A DNA stretch of 64,000 bases, taken from assembly GCA_965112155.1 (NCBI GenBank), contig OZ218102.1. The stretch is one strand, 5' to 3'. A program made the translations under genes and the position numbers. The DNA comes from Podarcis liolepis. Lineage: Eukaryota. Shown piece after piece: positions 48,015 to 61,493 of this stretch (position 1 is its first letter; each line of letters starts with the position of its first letter). The notes below the pieces were generated by a model that was given only the letters and a program-made list of their open reading frames with translations, was not told the origin of the DNA and did no database searches.

Positions 48015-50584
48015 CTGCGGGGGAAAGAGAGAAATGTGTTATCCGTGTGCTGCCTAATTGCCTCCCAGCCTCGGCTCCCTCTCTACCTTGCCTCCTCCAA
48101 GATGCTATTTCCAGGAAATCGGGGGGTTTGTGTGGCTGCCTCAGACCATATAGCAGCTAATGTGGTAGCTCTCAGCCCTTAAGTCTCTTTTTGTTATCAT
48201 CTCAGTTCTCAAAGGTATACAGAAAGTTTCTGCTCAACACTTTAAAACAGCAGGGGAACCTAGGCTGGGCTTTCACAGCTGGCAGGAGATGAGATGAGTT
48301 CCCCAATCATTCCCCAAGGTCTCAATTGCCTTGTGCGCCTATTTCTTCACCTCCAAGTGTTTTGCAACGGGCAAATTCACTGTCCTGCAATCTGGGCAGC
48401 AAAAAAGGAAAGGGTCGGTTGCATGCTGTTCTAGACTTCTTAAGATCTGTGACGAAGGGGATGACATATTTTGCTGCAACTCCACATCTCTCCAGTATTT
48501 ATAACATTTCTGTGTAGCAGTGGGAGTAATGCTACAGCCAGACTACCCAAACCCAGACTCTGTGATTCACATATGGAACCCGTTGGACACGTGGCCTTTC
48601 CACTTCACTTCAATGGAAGGGAGAAATCCATATGTACAAATGGGTTCATATTCAGAGCCACTTCCTCTAAAAAAGAAAACGGGGCATCCTTTGCAAGTGA
48701 TTTCCTATAATGCACAGTAAAGGACCCACGTCAGATTTCTGGGTAGTGGGCTTCTTTGGGAGGATGGGCAGGAGCAAGTCATGTTCATTTCCATGGTGTA
48801 GATGCAGGTCCTCTTAACATCTAGTAAATTTGCCATTGAACACGGAGAATTCACAACTCAGCATCCACCAAACAGAGAGGTTATCTAACCTACATAGCTT
48901 GCCCTTGTCTGGCTGCCCATCCACCTGAACATGACTGGTCCAACTATCTGATGATGGTGTACAAATTCATACCCAAACCTTTCGTCAAAGCAAGTGAATA
49001 TTCAGGTTCTCTCTGCAAACTTCAGCAGCCTTTATTGGTCAACTTGACAGATGGCAGCAGAGGAAGCAGAGCAGGGGAAAGACAAAGTCTGCTCTGGACC
49101 ACTTCTCCAGGAATAACTCCAGCAATTCCTGCTGCAGCCAGAGCTGAAGAAGTCGTGTTGCAGAACTTTTTGGCACGGACTGTCTAGCCATTCTGTGCCT
49201 CCTTCCGCTGCAACTCTAGTGTTGAAATTCACTGAGCTGACGGAAGCACATTTTGTAGAAACGTCATTTCAGTTATTATCTGTCTAGCACACCAAGGCCC
49301 CTTCGGCTGGTTTACAGCCTCCCTGATCACTTGAACTGTTGCTGCCACAAATCAGGGAGCTCCAAAACAGACCACTCAAAGGGAACAGACTCAAATAACT
49401 GGTGTTATTAGTGGCATTTGTATGCCACCCCATAACACAGGAGTAGGAAATTAGGCCAGCTGATCAGCCTCAAGGAGTCCTCTAATCGACGGTCTGGTTG
49501 GTCCAAGTCCAGTTTAAAAATAAGGCACTCTAAGAAGGGGAAGTGAGCAGGGGCCCTGAACCTGTAGCTAGCATCTAAACAGCAGCCAGAGCAGATACAC
49601 AGGTTACCTGGCCAGAGTCTTCCCACCTGTATTTCTGTTTAAATGATAGTAATTGTTTTTCAGTTTGCATCTATATGTATAACTTGACATTTGCAAATTT
49701 TATGCCAACTTGTGTCCTCTTTTGGGGGGGAGGGTGTATGTGAAAGTGGACACCCTCCTGGGAAGGCTGTTGCCTAACTGGGCAAGGAAACACCAAGTTT
49801 GTCCATTAAAAGAAAATGACATTTGAAAGAGAGAGAAAACCTTGACCAATGGTAGCCAGTGAGCTTGTCCTTTTCTTTCAAACCCCAAATGTAACTTCTT
49901 CTGCAAATCTAGTGCCCCCTCCAACTACTTGGAAGTCACTGTCTTAATTTTGGGTGGCCCCATTTTACTTGACAGGCACTCAACCACCACAGTTCACTCT
50001 TAAGAAGGGAGAAGAGGCCCGTACAAAAAATATTGCAGTGCATCTTCTTTCCGTATGCTATAAGTCACAAACAGCTAAAGCAAGTCACTCTCTCCCATTT
50101 TCTGTTTGGTTTTTTTATATGACACTCTGCGAACCGCAAATCTTAGGGACCAGTGAACACACTCAGCCTTCACTTTCTTTTAAGAGGCAGTGAATTGCCC
50201 TCTTTTGATATTTTATTTTTAGATTTATTTATTTGCACTTCTGCGAAGCTCAGGATTCCCCTTTGCCTGCTGAGACACCCTCAGTGGCTCTTTTGATGTC
50301 CGTTTCTTTCAACAAGGGGGCACTGAATTTGTTATTGGAGGGAGTCCTTATTACGAAGATTCTTGACATGCCTTATGCAGGAAACACAGCTTAGGTTTGC
50401 AATTTGCCTTTCTAAGGGGACAAAAATAATACCTCTGTCAGCATAGAGGCTCCAACAGGATTTTGCATGGCCCCTTTTCTCAGTGAGATGAGAAAACGGA
50501 AAAATGTGTCAAAGAGGAAAGGGTGAAATTGAGGAGGGATCCATTCTAAGAAACATGCGCATGGCTGGCAAAGGCAGGGCTCAC

Positions 50585-50733
50585 CTCCAGAGGCAGAATG
50601 GTAAGGGGTGATCCCGGAGTGTCCCGGGGATAGGGGATCTCCAGCACTGAATTGATCTCGCTGCTTGCTATCGACCGGCTGATCACCCGGCCATCTGGCC
50701 ACGTCACCTCCAGGCTGCTAGGCTCATCCTGTC
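50585..50733 (-). CDS. CRTAC1: CRTAC1 exon 12
   Basis: GQDEPSSLEVTWPDGRVISRSIASSEINSVLEIPYPRDTPGSPLTILPLE|gtgagc (149 nt). Confidence 0.95.
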
Positions 50734-51629
50734 CTACAGGGAAGAAAAGCAAGGAAGGGTTGAGCCCAGGAGAGATAAACAAAAAAACCCTGAAGCCCAC
50801 CCAGGGACCTGAATTGCTCTGGAGAACCATCTTCCTCTCATGCGGTGGTCTGTGCTTTCCTTTCCCTCTCCCCCCTTTCAGCCATTTCTTCCTGCAGAGA
50901 TGAAAGAACTTGGGATGTGATGAGGGTCATGTCCTCCCATCAAGCACTCTGAGCCAACACTAGCATGGCTCTTGGGCACAAGGCCAGCTGTGAGCAGGGA
51001 TGTGGGGCATTGTGGGGCACGGGCCCTCTGACTTCCCGTGCCACTTGGCTTCTCAACTCACAGCGTGGTCTAACCCGGCCAGGCCCCACTAAGCTGGGCC
51101 ACCTCGGGGCTGTGGAAGAGTAATGAGGTGTGGAGACATGCCGTCCCCTCTGCAGGAACAGCTGGAGGGGGCAGGCAGGGGCCTCGCTGCAACACACGTC
51201 CGCTCTGCTTTTTAGGACGGCAAGCTCCTGCCACTTGCTTTTTAAATGAGGACAGGAAGCAGACTTTCCAAATGTTTTGAAAGAAGAGGGCTGCACACCG
51301 GGGATAGGTAGGTTTCACCAAATCTACACTGTTTTTCAGCAACATTAGCAGACTCGGGAGAAGTCAAAGATGGGGTATTATGCCTAGAGGCAGAGGTTTC
51401 AGACTGAAGGGAGTTTTGTAGAGGAAGGACAGAAACAAATGTCCGCATAGCTTGCAATGTGTTCTGGTAACGCAGGGCCGGTATTATCAGGGATGAGCGG
51501 CAGATGGGATACAGGAAGCTCAGAAGCATCATTGGGATGGCCGTGAAGATGGACAGGACGAGAAGAGACCTGGGAGGGCACACACCCCACTCAGGCTCCA
51601 AGCCCTGCTTCCAACTCCTCCACACTCAC

Positions 51630-51798
51630 CCAAGCCGAAATGGGCAACGGGCTCCATCTCGCACAAGTACCCAGACCCTCCGTCAATGATACGCAGATGG
51701 GCACCACTCTGACGTGTGAAGAGCACCACCTTGGCACCGCGAGCAAATGCCCCAAAGCGCGTACGTGGGATCACTCGCAGCCAGTTGTTGCCAGCGCC
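51630..51798 (-). CDS. CRTAC1: CRTAC1 exon 11 (ASPIC/UnbV)
   Basis: GAGNNWLRVIPRTRFGAFARGAKVVLFTRQSGAHLRIIDGGSGYLCEMEPVAHFGL G|gtgagt (169 nt). Confidence 0.96.
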
Positions 51799-51927
51799 CT
51801 GTGGAGATGGACAGACAGACTCAGCCAAGGAATGAGCAGGCACGAAAGGGAGGAAGGAGTGGACCATGCCTGCTCAGATGTGGGCTGGGATCTGAGCGCA
51901 TGGTGAGGAGCACCTCTCAGCACCCAC

Positions 51928-52028
51928 CTCGTTGACCTTGAAGACTGAAAGCGGCTGGGCCATGGACTCTCCATGTGACAGGATCAGGTCCAGCCTCCCA
52001 TCGCCATCAAAATCCACCACTGCCCCCC
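51928..52028 (-). CDS. CRTAC1: CRTAC1 exon 10
   Basis: GGAVVDFDGDGRLDLILSHGESMAQPLSVFKVNE|gtgggt (101 nt). Confidence 0.95.
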
Positions 52029-52398
52029 CTGGAATGACACAACGTCCATAAGCAAAGGTCTTGTTTAGCACCCATAGGACCATATTCACCTTCCATTTGC
52101 TTTGTAAATGGCGACATCATTTCTGCGAATGTTACTCAAGATTCCAGCGTCTTGGTGGTGGGTGGGAATTCCACACAGCCAACCCCTGGATCTTAATTTA
52201 ATTGTCGTGAAGTAAGAGTCTGGCCTGGCTTGGTTTCACCCTTTAGTGGGGTAGGAGTCATCTTGCATCTTCTTGATGGAGGCACACTTTAATTATTTTT
52301 ATGGGTTATGATATGGTATAAATTCTTACTGTTTGGTAAGTTGTTTTGTATTTTAATATTTTGAAGGTCACTTAGGGATGTTTTGCAAAAAGTGCTGA

Positions 52399-52399
52399 A

Positions 52400-52448
<49 letters not shown>
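52399..52448. repeat. (AAT)n microsatellite
   Basis: Read directly. Confidence 0.95.
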
Positions 52449-52451
<3 letters not shown>

Positions 52452-53122
52452 TGCTTTCATGCTTTGCTCTAAGAGTTGGCCGAGCATGTGCATGAGCATG
52501 AGTTGGGGCAAGAGGATATTTTGTCTCTCTCCCCTCCACCCACCAAATCATAAAGTTCTGATCTTTTCATGGGGCACCAAAGCCCCCAGCTCTGCCAATC
52601 CTCTCCTGTCTCTTTTGAGTGCCTGCTGTCTCTGCAGTGAGGAGATGCTCCCTGCATCCATCCCCCTGCTGATTATCCCTTCTTCAGATGTTGATGTAAG
52701 TTTTTTGGGACACGAGAAGTGTGTGACTTTTAAAGGAACTGCTAACGGTGAAGCCAAAAGCCGGCCAATCAGACCTCTGGATTCTTCCTGGCAGAAGAGG
52801 CAAGGAGGGTTCACCACTAGGGGAAATAGGTTGAGTGGCGGTATGAGAGAGAATCTTCACTGTGGTGACACCGCAACTTTGGAACACCTTTTCTCAACAG
52901 TTGCACCTGGCACCAACTCTGCTGTCATTCCAGCACCAAGCTAAAGCCCACCTGTTTGTTTGCCTGCCAGTCACTTTGGTGATATGTATGTAATGGTTAT
53001 GCTGGGCTTGAAGCAGATTATCTGTTCTTGCTGTTGCCTGCTATGCTGGTCTTAGATATTTATTCTGCTTTATTTTTGATTGTTTAGATGTCGTTGTTTT
53101 GTGCCTGGGTATTTATATGCAG

Positions 53123-53470
53123 GGGACGCGGGTGGCGCTGTGGGTTAAACCACAGAGCCTAGGGCTTGCAGATCAGAAGGCCGGCGGTTCGAATCCCCGT
53201 GACGGGGTGAGCTCCCGTTGCTTGGTCCCTGCTCCTGCCAACCTAGCAGTTCGAAAGCACGAAATGCAAGTAGATAAATAGGTACCGCTCCAGCGGGAAG
53301 GTAAATGGCATTTCTGTGTGCTGCTCTGGTTTTGCCAGAAGCGGCTTAGTCATGCTGGCCACATGACCTGGAAGCTGTATGCCGGCTCCCTTGGCCAATA
53401 AAGTGAGATGAGCGCTGCAACCCCAGAGTCGTCCGTGACTGGACCTAATGGTCAGGGGTCCCTTTACCTT
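53123..53470 (+). mobile_element. Full-length Sauria SINE
   Basis: GGGACGCGGGTGGCGCTGTGG head, CCTTTACCTT tail, ~14-bp TSD TATTTATATGCAGG. Confidence 0.95.
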
Positions 53471-53624
53471 ATTTATATGCAGGGTGGAGTATAAATACAA
53501 ATTTTGGAACAAGCACCCACCCCAGGCCGTCTGGTGGTTAGAGTAAGCCCTCTGTTCACTAAGCCCACTCCTTCTAAGCGAAGCCACCTGATCATTTTCC
53601 TCAAGAGACATTGTGGAGACCCAC

Positions 53625-53707
53625 CTGTGCCACGCCCCTCGGGTTCCACGGCATCACCAGGGTTCAGTTCCTCGATGGCTGGGTCAGCATGCTCTCGGCG
53701 GACCACC
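53625..53707 (-). CDS. CRTAC1: CRTAC1 exon 9
   Basis: VVRREHADPAIEELNPGDAVEPEGRGT G|gtgggt (83 nt). Confidence 0.95.
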
Positions 53708-54388
53708 CTGTGGCAGAAGGGGAGTGTGCCAGTGCAGAGAAGATGCACTTCCCTCCCACAAAAGGGCCCGTCATGGGAGTCAAGCCTACTACCACTACTC
53801 CTGAGTGGGCACCACCCTTTGCTCACACACTCTCTTGCCAAATCCTTATCTTCCCAGAAAGGGGCCCTGCCCACTCGCATAGCAACAGGTTTCCGCACGG
53901 ACTGCCCAGATTTGCCACATGCTGCTGCTATCACTTTATTAGCCTGAGAAATGTAAGCGGCTCTGTTTAACGAGCCATTGATTGCCTACAATTAATGGGA
54001 ACCGTGCATAAGTGCTAATTAGTGAAAGGCAGAACCTCCAGGGATGTGGTCTAGGCGGAACAGAACTGCTGCATTAGTAGCGGTGTAGGAAGGAGCTCAG
54101 TCACAGCTCTGTCAGCTGACCGGAGGGAGGGCAGAGCAGGATAGGACACGCCCTCCTGTGGGTCACAGCAGTGGGGGAACTAAAAGGCGCTAGATTCTGG
54201 ATGCAGAATCCAGCCCTCCCCCCTCCCTCGCCCCATATTCTCAAGTTCTGCATGCAGGACTTCCTAAGGATGCAGCGGGTTCACCACAGACTCTGGTGCG
54301 GGGGTCGCCCTCCCTGCAGTGCCCGGGAGCCTGGTAAGATGGGGAGCCCACTGCCCCAGCCTCTGGTGGCCACGTGGCTCTCACCCAC

Positions 54389-54525
54389 CGGAAGAGGCGG
54401 TTGGCGGATGAGCCGCGATAGGCGATGTTGTTGAAGAAGACCTCCAACTCCTGGTCATTGTCAAAGTCAGCAGCGATGACGGTGCGGACGGGTGATGGCA
54501 TGGACAGTTTGGGCGTGGCAATGTC
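54389..54525 (-). CDS. CRTAC1: CRTAC1 exon 8
   Basis: DIATPKLSMPSPVRTVIAADFDNDQELEVFFNNIAYRGSSANRLF R|gtgggt (137 nt). Confidence 0.96.
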
Positions 54526-55420
54526 CTGGGGGAAGGACGGGGGTTAGTGGGGCAGGGCTTGGGCTGGAGCAGGGCCAAGGGGAGGGGTCAGGAGGCATTG
54601 TGGCTGGAAGGGCCAGAATACAGGGGAGCCATGGAGTGGGGAGGGGAGGAGAGCTGGAGGAGCTGGGCGCAGCGCAGAGACTGCAGTCTCCTGCAAGGCA
54701 GCAGCTGGGGAAGGAACCAAGGAGAGGAAAAGGCTGCCTGGTCGACATGGCAGGAATAAGCAACGGTGCGGAGCCGCGGGTCTAAAAGATGAGGCAACCC
54801 TTTAAAAACAAGGAACATCTGGCGGCCCAGCTGGGGGCAAAGGCAGCAGTCTCCTTGGTGATCTGCAGTTCTGCTCTGGCTTTCCAGAATGCGGGGGGGG
54901 GGGGGGGAATAAAGCACAGAGGAAGCGCCGAGTGGCGGTGGCAGTGGAGATCCCTGCCTGCTCCAGTCCAGCCTTCGCACATTGAGCAGGAAGGTCTGAA
55001 GGGGAAGGGTTCACATATTCAGCTGAGCGCACTTGGAAGTGTGCCCGCAACTGGGAACTCTCAATTGCACAACGTTCCTGATCCTAAGCGCATCCAGCTG
55101 AACACACAAAGAATCCTCCTCCAGAACTTCAGGAGTCAATGCACGAAAGCTGGCAAGTGTTTGTGGAGCTGGGGGGGAGGGGGAGCTAGGAGTGTGGCTG
55201 GCCCACATGGCCTTGCACAAAAACACCCCCCTCACACACACATACACTGTATCTTTCCCCAACACCAAGCGTTCACTGAATGCCTGAGTAAGGCTTCTCT
55301 GTTCCACTCTTTCTTAGGCACTTCAAGGACTGGACTCTCCCTCCCTGATCCCACCACTTCCCTGCTCACAGCCCAGGCCTTTCACCATTTGGGGACCTCC
55401 CTCTTCCACGTGACACTTAC

Positions 55421-55560
55421 TCGGAAGCGCCCACCTGCACTCATCTGCAGGTAGAGCCGGTGAGGTCCATTCCAGTTACCGTAGATCAGGTCCACTTTGC
55501 CGTCGCGGTTGAAGTCGGCCAGCGCCACGCCGCGACCATGCTGGTAGGGGTCATCCAGGC
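55421..55560 (-). CDS. CRTAC1: CRTAC1 exon 7
   Basis: GLDDPYQHGRGVALADFNRDGKVDLIYGNWNGPHRLYLQMSAGGRFR|gtaagt (140 nt). Confidence 0.96.
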
Positions 55561-56185
55561 CTGTGGAAGGCAGCAGAGGAAGTCAGCAGGGCTGAGAGTG
55601 CCCTGAAGGCAAAAGGACGCTGTGGACTCAACTGAGCCTTCCCTTCTGCTGATGCCAGGCTCAGAGGTTGAGCAGCTCAGAGGTTATCAGGCAGCTCTTG
55701 CCCCAAGTGGCTCAAATTCAGCCTGTCAAGGGACAGCAGAGGATGGGACAGTGGGGGGCAGGCTACAGGGGGCAGAGGATGGCTGGTGGAGCAGGCAGTC
55801 CACAGGCAGGGGCCAGAGGACCTCTGCAGATTCCCATGGACACCTAACCCATCCTTCCCGCCTCTCCCCGCAGGTCCCCCTACTCCTATTCTCTTGCTGA
55901 CAAGGAAGGAGTGTTTCTAAAGGGAATAGGTGTCATCAGCAGCACCACAGTGATGGATGCCACCCTGACACCTCGTTAAACTCCAGTGATCAGCCAGACG
56001 CTCAATTACTGGTGGTGGCTGAGCCCTCAGGCACTCATCATCACACACACACCAGCAGGCAAGGAGAGGGACAAGGAAATGGCAGGACCCCACCAGGATG
56101 AAAGAGGGCCAAGCAGCTGCTCTGGTGAGTTCTGCCCCACAGCTAATGGCTTCCGATGACACCCTCACCCTTGCCACTCACTCAC

Positions 56186-56320
56186 CAGCAGAGGGCGCTA
56201 CGTCTATGAAGGTACCGTCACCCTGGTTCTTGAAGAGGAAGTTGGCTCCGTTCTCGTTGTCGCAAAATATGTCGGAGGCTGCTTCACTCAGGATGGGCCC
56301 CACAGCCAAGCCCCGACCCC
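56186..56320 (-). CDS. CRTAC1: CRTAC1 exon 6
   Basis: GGRGLAVGPILSEAASDIFCDNENGANFLFKNQGDGTFIDVAPSA G|gtgagt (135 nt). Confidence 0.96.
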
Positions 56321-56639
56321 CTGGGAAGAGGAACAATGAAAACCAGAAGTTAGCGCAATATGGGCATTACAAGTGGGATAGGTTCCGGTCGAGATGTTTC
56401 AAAATCATCAAGCCATCCACTTCTTGGTTCGCTCTCCTGCTCCCTTACACCTCTTTTCACAATTATTGAACTTCACTTGAATGTTGGGGTTCAGTCTTCA
56501 CCAGCGATGGTCACCACCACAATTATTACAAAAATAGTCAGTGGCAGTTCACTGCCATAGAGACTGAGAGCAAGACAAAAATGGCATATAGCTCAGCAAC
56601 ACTTCCCAATTGCCAGGACTGAAGGTGTCTGCCATCCAC

Positions 56640-57068
56640 CCCTCCTAAGGCTCCTCCTCTCCCGGACATCTCCTAGGCAGCCTCAAACTGTGTCTGGGCA
56701 CCTCTGGTCTCTGTTCTGTCCTCCTTATTATCCTGCGTGTTCTTGGGGAGTAGGGAGGGATGGGAGCTTATCGCAGCTGGGGAGGGAAACTCCCAGGATG
56801 CTTCAGTAGTCTCTTGACCACCCTCCTCTGCTTCAGCCTCAGAGTCTGAACTGCTGCCTGTCACAGGTTCCTCCTGCTCACTAAACCCTGTTGTCCCTTC
56901 AGTATCTAGCATCTCCTCCCAATTTCCCCCCTCTGATCTCACCTCAGTGTCCCACCACCAATGTCCTGGCTCTGATCCTTCCCTCTCTGGGATTTCCAAT
57001 GGGGGGGGGGAGAGGTTTCCCAGCTGGTGTCTTCCACCACACTTCACCATCCAGCCAGGACCTAACAC
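56640..57068 (-). mobile_element. LTR-like fragment related to 32394-32981
   Basis: Minus strand begins TGTTAGG..GGCTGG..CACCAGCTGGGAA; purine-rich body. Confidence 0.55.
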
Positions 57069-57324
57069 CTCCCTATACTGGAGGCTTGGGCTTAGTTGGC
57101 CAAACTTGGCTTTTGACTGCTATTTTAGTTTTCCTAATAGCTGGGATCTGTGTGATTTTCCAACAATAGAACATCTGAGGCATTGTGGGAAAACAAAATG
57201 GTGGACGGATGTGGCAGTTGCTAGAGGAGCTCTGTCACTCTTCGTAATGCCCAGCCACGTATAGGAATATAGGAAGCTACCTTATACTGGGCCAAACCAC
57301 AGGCCTATCTGGCTCAGTATTTAG

Positions 57325-57469
57325 AGTCATAGAATCATAGAATGGTATAGTTGGAAGGGACCACAAGGGTCATCTAGTCAAACCCCCTGCAGTGCAGGAA
57401 TCTTTTGCCCAACACTGGGTTCAAACCTACAACTCTGAGATTAAGAGTCTCATGCTCTACCAACTGAGT
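57325..57469 (-). mobile_element. tRNA-head/CR1-tail SINE (POM-like) inserted into a Squam3-like SINE (~57262-57572)
   Basis: (ATTCTATG)n tail and tRNA-like head on minus; the flanks join into the other SINE family. Confidence 0.7.
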
Positions 57470-57616
57470 TCAGACAGGAAACTCTTTTCCCTTCCTGAAG
57501 ATGCTGGGGGCTGAATCTAGAACTTTCTGCATTCAAAGCAGAAGCTCTACCATTGAGCTACAGCCTTTCCCCTTATGCTGGGCTAGCTCTTGGGAGACAA
57601 CCCTCTGCCCTCATAC

Positions 57617-57773
57617 CTGTGAACTTGTTGACTCCGGCATCTGCCGCCACATCATTCAGTGCCACAATGCCATTCTCCAGGTCGCTGGCAGCTGTGTCCA
57701 TCTCGATGAGGGCATGGGGCCCAACTCTCATACTGGCATAGTTAGCTATGTAGATGGAGTAGCGACCAGAGCC
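57617..57773 (-). CDS. CRTAC1: CRTAC1 exon 5
   Basis: GSGRYSIYIANYASMRVGPHALIEMDTAASDLENGIVALNDVAADAGVNKFT G|gtatga (157 nt). Confidence 0.96.
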
Positions 57774-58416
57774 CTGTAGGAAGGGACGTGGGGGCAGGTG
57801 AGAGGCCTGAGTCTTCCCTGGATTGGACCCCTCTCTTCCCAGCACGAGGATGGACGCAGAGGGTGCCACACCCAGGGCCCTGACAGGGATGAGTCTATAA
57901 AGGTAAAGCCAGTCGCAGGCACCTGAGCAGAAGCAGCGTAGTCCAGCCATGGGCTCCCAAACAGGGGGGTGCCATCCTTCACGCTCCCCTGTTTTGCCTC
58001 AGACATCTCTTCCAACCACTCCCTGTCCCCCCCCCCATTGTTTCCCTCATGGCACCCTGATTTAGCAATAATCGTTTGAAAATAAGCCACGCAAGGCAGA
58101 GGGAGAAGAAAGCGCAGGTGACAGGGGCATAAATCACCTAGACAGGCTGTGTTTATCAGCAGCACGGCACCCGCCTGGCATGGCAGTCCCTGATGGGAGT
58201 CCTGACAGTTGTGAGGGAGGCGGAGGGGGAGGCAGAGCTCGGCCTTGAGAAGTTGGGTGGAGAGCAGGCCCCTCTAAGCCCATGTCCTCCCCTCCTCCAA
58301 ACAACTGCACTGGTGCATCTTCGGCTCCCAGCTGGCCCCACCCCCCATGGGCCTGACCCACAGCCCTGAAATCACAGCCTCAAGCCAACCCACCCCAACC
58401 TGTTCCACACACTCAC

Positions 58417-58547
58417 CGTCCTGTCCACGCAGGCCACGGAGCGCCCAGCAAACCAGCTTGCCACACCCCGGTTCACCTCATCACTCAAGATGTCCTCCCA
58501 GCGCCCGTTCCGAAACTTGAACAGTTTGTCTGTATAGGTAGCTACAC
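58417..58547 (-). CDS. CRTAC1: CRTAC1 exon 4
   Basis: GVATYTDKLFKFRNGRWEDILSDEVNRGVASWFAGRSVACVDRT|gtgagt (131 nt). Confidence 0.96.
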
Positions 58548-60205
58548 CTGGGAAGGAGAGATAAGGTATCAAGACGTTTCAGGGTCTCCTGGCCAGGTCT
58601 GAATCAGCTCTCCCTTTCTCTCCTTCTCTCCCAAGACAGGAAATCAGTCTGGGTTGTGCATGACTTTCTCTGGAGCCCTAACCATGTAATTATGCCACGG
58701 GCCCTCTCTAATTGATGCTCCAGACGATCTGTTTGTTCAGCATTCATCCTGATTTGCTTGCACAAATCTTGCCTGGTTAGACTATGCATTCATTCTGATT
58801 TGTTTATGGGGAGGTTATATGACAACGGGTCCCTTCAGACTGGTGCTTTTTGTGGGTATATTCTGCAAAATGTCACTGATGCAATAATTGTGCATTAGTG
58901 GAGGGTTTACACCACCCTCAAATCTACTACTTTATGAGTTGTTCTGTGATGCCCATGGAGCACATCATCACCATCGGAAGGGGAACTTATGCTTAGTGCA
59001 ACAAAAACTGGATAAACACCCACTGACCCCGAACTTCTGTGATATGAAAAGTTGCAGGTTTTCAGCACTGAACTACAGAATACGCGCCTATTGCAAACAA
59101 AGCAGTATGTTTGTCCTGAAACCTTTTCAGGGATGAACAGGCTTGAAAGTGGGATCCTATAAAACTGTCCTGACACCATCATGAGCACAAATAATGATGA
59201 ATATTCAAGAGAAGAGACATCTGGAAGGACCCAATGAACATCCTGATTTGCTTCTGGGGTGTTTACATGTCTTCCCATTAATCATTTCTTCATGCCACAC
59301 TCTTTAGTGCATTTTGCTGTCACTTTCCAAACCATAAAAAGTCCCCTGCAAGTGGGTTTGTTGAGCTAGGGCAGCAGAGTGCTTTAATCCATTTGAATTA
59401 CACAAATCTAAATTGAATTGCTCTTGCAAAATAATGACAGTCTGGAGACACCCTAAGCCTCCAGCAACTGCAGGTTTGGTGTGCAGAGACTTGCTGCAAG
59501 CCTGGCTCTGAACTGCAGCATTACACTTTGCAAGTGTGACACCCATAGATGCAGATCTTTGCAAGTGATGAATGCACCCCCGAATCATGATCTAGATTGA
59601 ACCCTTGCGGCTGTCCCATTTGGATCGCATTCCCTCTGCCCATAGATGCCTCTTCCTGATCATCCGCCTTTTGGGGCTCCCCCTACTCTGCCGGCCTCGC
59701 CCAATGCCTAATTGCTCTCTGGTACTGCAGGGTTGCGATCAGGACTGCGCGACAATGAATGCAGCAACCCCAGCAAAGCTTAAGGGCTGGTAAGGGAGGC
59801 CCAAAAGAATAAACTCATTAAGGTAAAATGTGCCAGAGCAGCGCGGAGCCATGTTCATCATAAAGGGAAAGGGGAAAATCAATGGCAGGCACTGGCCGGG
59901 CCCTGATGCCAGGAGTAATGTGAATGGCTGATTTAGGGAGCCTTTGGCAGCTGCAAAGCAGTAATTAGGTGTGTCAGGAAGACTGATAAGTGGAGCCAAG
60001 AGCAGGTCGATGCTGCAGGTGAGGGGCCCAGCCCTACTCGGGAAGGATGCAATGGGGAAGCGGTCGCTTTTCTAGGCAGATTTCCGGAGACCCCAAGAAG
60101 TGCTTTGGACCAAAGGAAAAGCGGTGGTGGTGGTGGGTGGGCATTTATCTTTTCCAGATATATTCCGACTAGGAATGGCGTAGTTCCAGCATGGACCCAA
60201 TAGAG

Positions 60206-60341
60206 CAGTGGTGGCCAAACTTGGCCCTCCAGCTGTTTTGGGACTACAACTCCCATCATCCCTGGCTAACAGGACCAGTGGTCAGGGATGATGGGAATTG
60301 TAGTCCCAAAACAGCTGGAGGGCCAAGTTTGGCCACCACTG
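60206..60341. mobile_element. Palindromic hAT-type MITE (young member of a family with many decayed copies in the window)
   Basis: About 57-bp near-perfect inverted arms; TSD CAATAGAG/CCATAGAG. Confidence 0.9.
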
Positions 60342-61493
60342 CCATAGAGCAAGCCACAGGCTGCCAGATCTGATCAAGCAACATATTTCTAGGATTCGAA
60401 CATGTGAAACCATCCAAGCAAAGCATCTGTTGACTTGGGTGCAATTCCTAAGTAGCCCCAAGGAAGGGGCTTGGGACAGAACCAACAGTGCGTATTTTGA
60501 GGCTGGTCACACCTAGGCATTGCAAAAGCATGCCAAACACCACCTCTGCTCCTAAAGCAGCAAAGGGTCTCTTAGCAGCAGTCTAGGAATTAGGGAACCA
60601 CCTTCCCAGAGAAGAAAATATTAGACCCTCTACCATTAGGTTGCAGCATTGCCGGTGGGGGTGGGAAAGAATATGCTTTGGGGTTTCACTACTTTCTCCC
60701 TTGCGTAATCCCAATGCTGTCTCAAAGGATGTCTCCTTGCCCAGCGAGATACTTGCCTGTCCCTCAGAGATCCCAGGGCTCCTGGAGCTGCAGTCCCTGC
60801 TGGCAACTAGAGATGTGGCAAAGCCCTGAGTCAGCAGCCAAGTCTCTCCTCCCCCACTCCCCCCCCCCGCCACCCGCTGCTGCCAGAGAATCGACAAAAT
60901 CACTCAGCTGGGAAATTAACTCCAGCCTTGAAACATCCCACCCTGGTGGCCAGTGAAGGTCAGGGAACTGGAGTCAGTGGCTCGGGGCTGGCAGGTGAAG
61001 AGCCCCAAAGCCAACGGTGTGAAGGAAGGGAGCCTGCACTGACAGGACATCAGCCAAGAAAGGAGAGTGACCACTGTCCATCACCACCACAGCCACATGC
61101 CCCTCTGTGGATCACTCCCATTCCCTTTTCAGTCTGCTGTTTGCAGGATAAATGCCAGGACCTGTTAATGATAGGATCGTTTGTGAAGAAAACATCATGT
61201 TTTCATCATCAGTGAGTGAATGTGGACTGATGGGTGGGTACCACGTGTTTAATGGGTGTTATGGGATGGGTGCATCACAGCAGAGATGAATGGAGATGGC
61301 TCATGGCAGACAATGGGTAGGTGCAAGAACTTAGTAAAAGATGAAAGACTGATCAAGGTGATTCTTGAGAGGCAGGTGGGTCTTGATGGATAGATATCAA
61401 GGACAAGAAAGTTCATAGGGCACAGGAGAAGCTGGATATGCTAATTGGGTTGCCAGCAGGCAAATGTCAGGAAGGAACAGATTTCGCACTCAC

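Noticed and set aside
54789-55454. Longest ORF in the track (221 aa, +)
   Set aside because: Antisense to a CRTAC1 intron/exon, low-complexity, no recognisable domain
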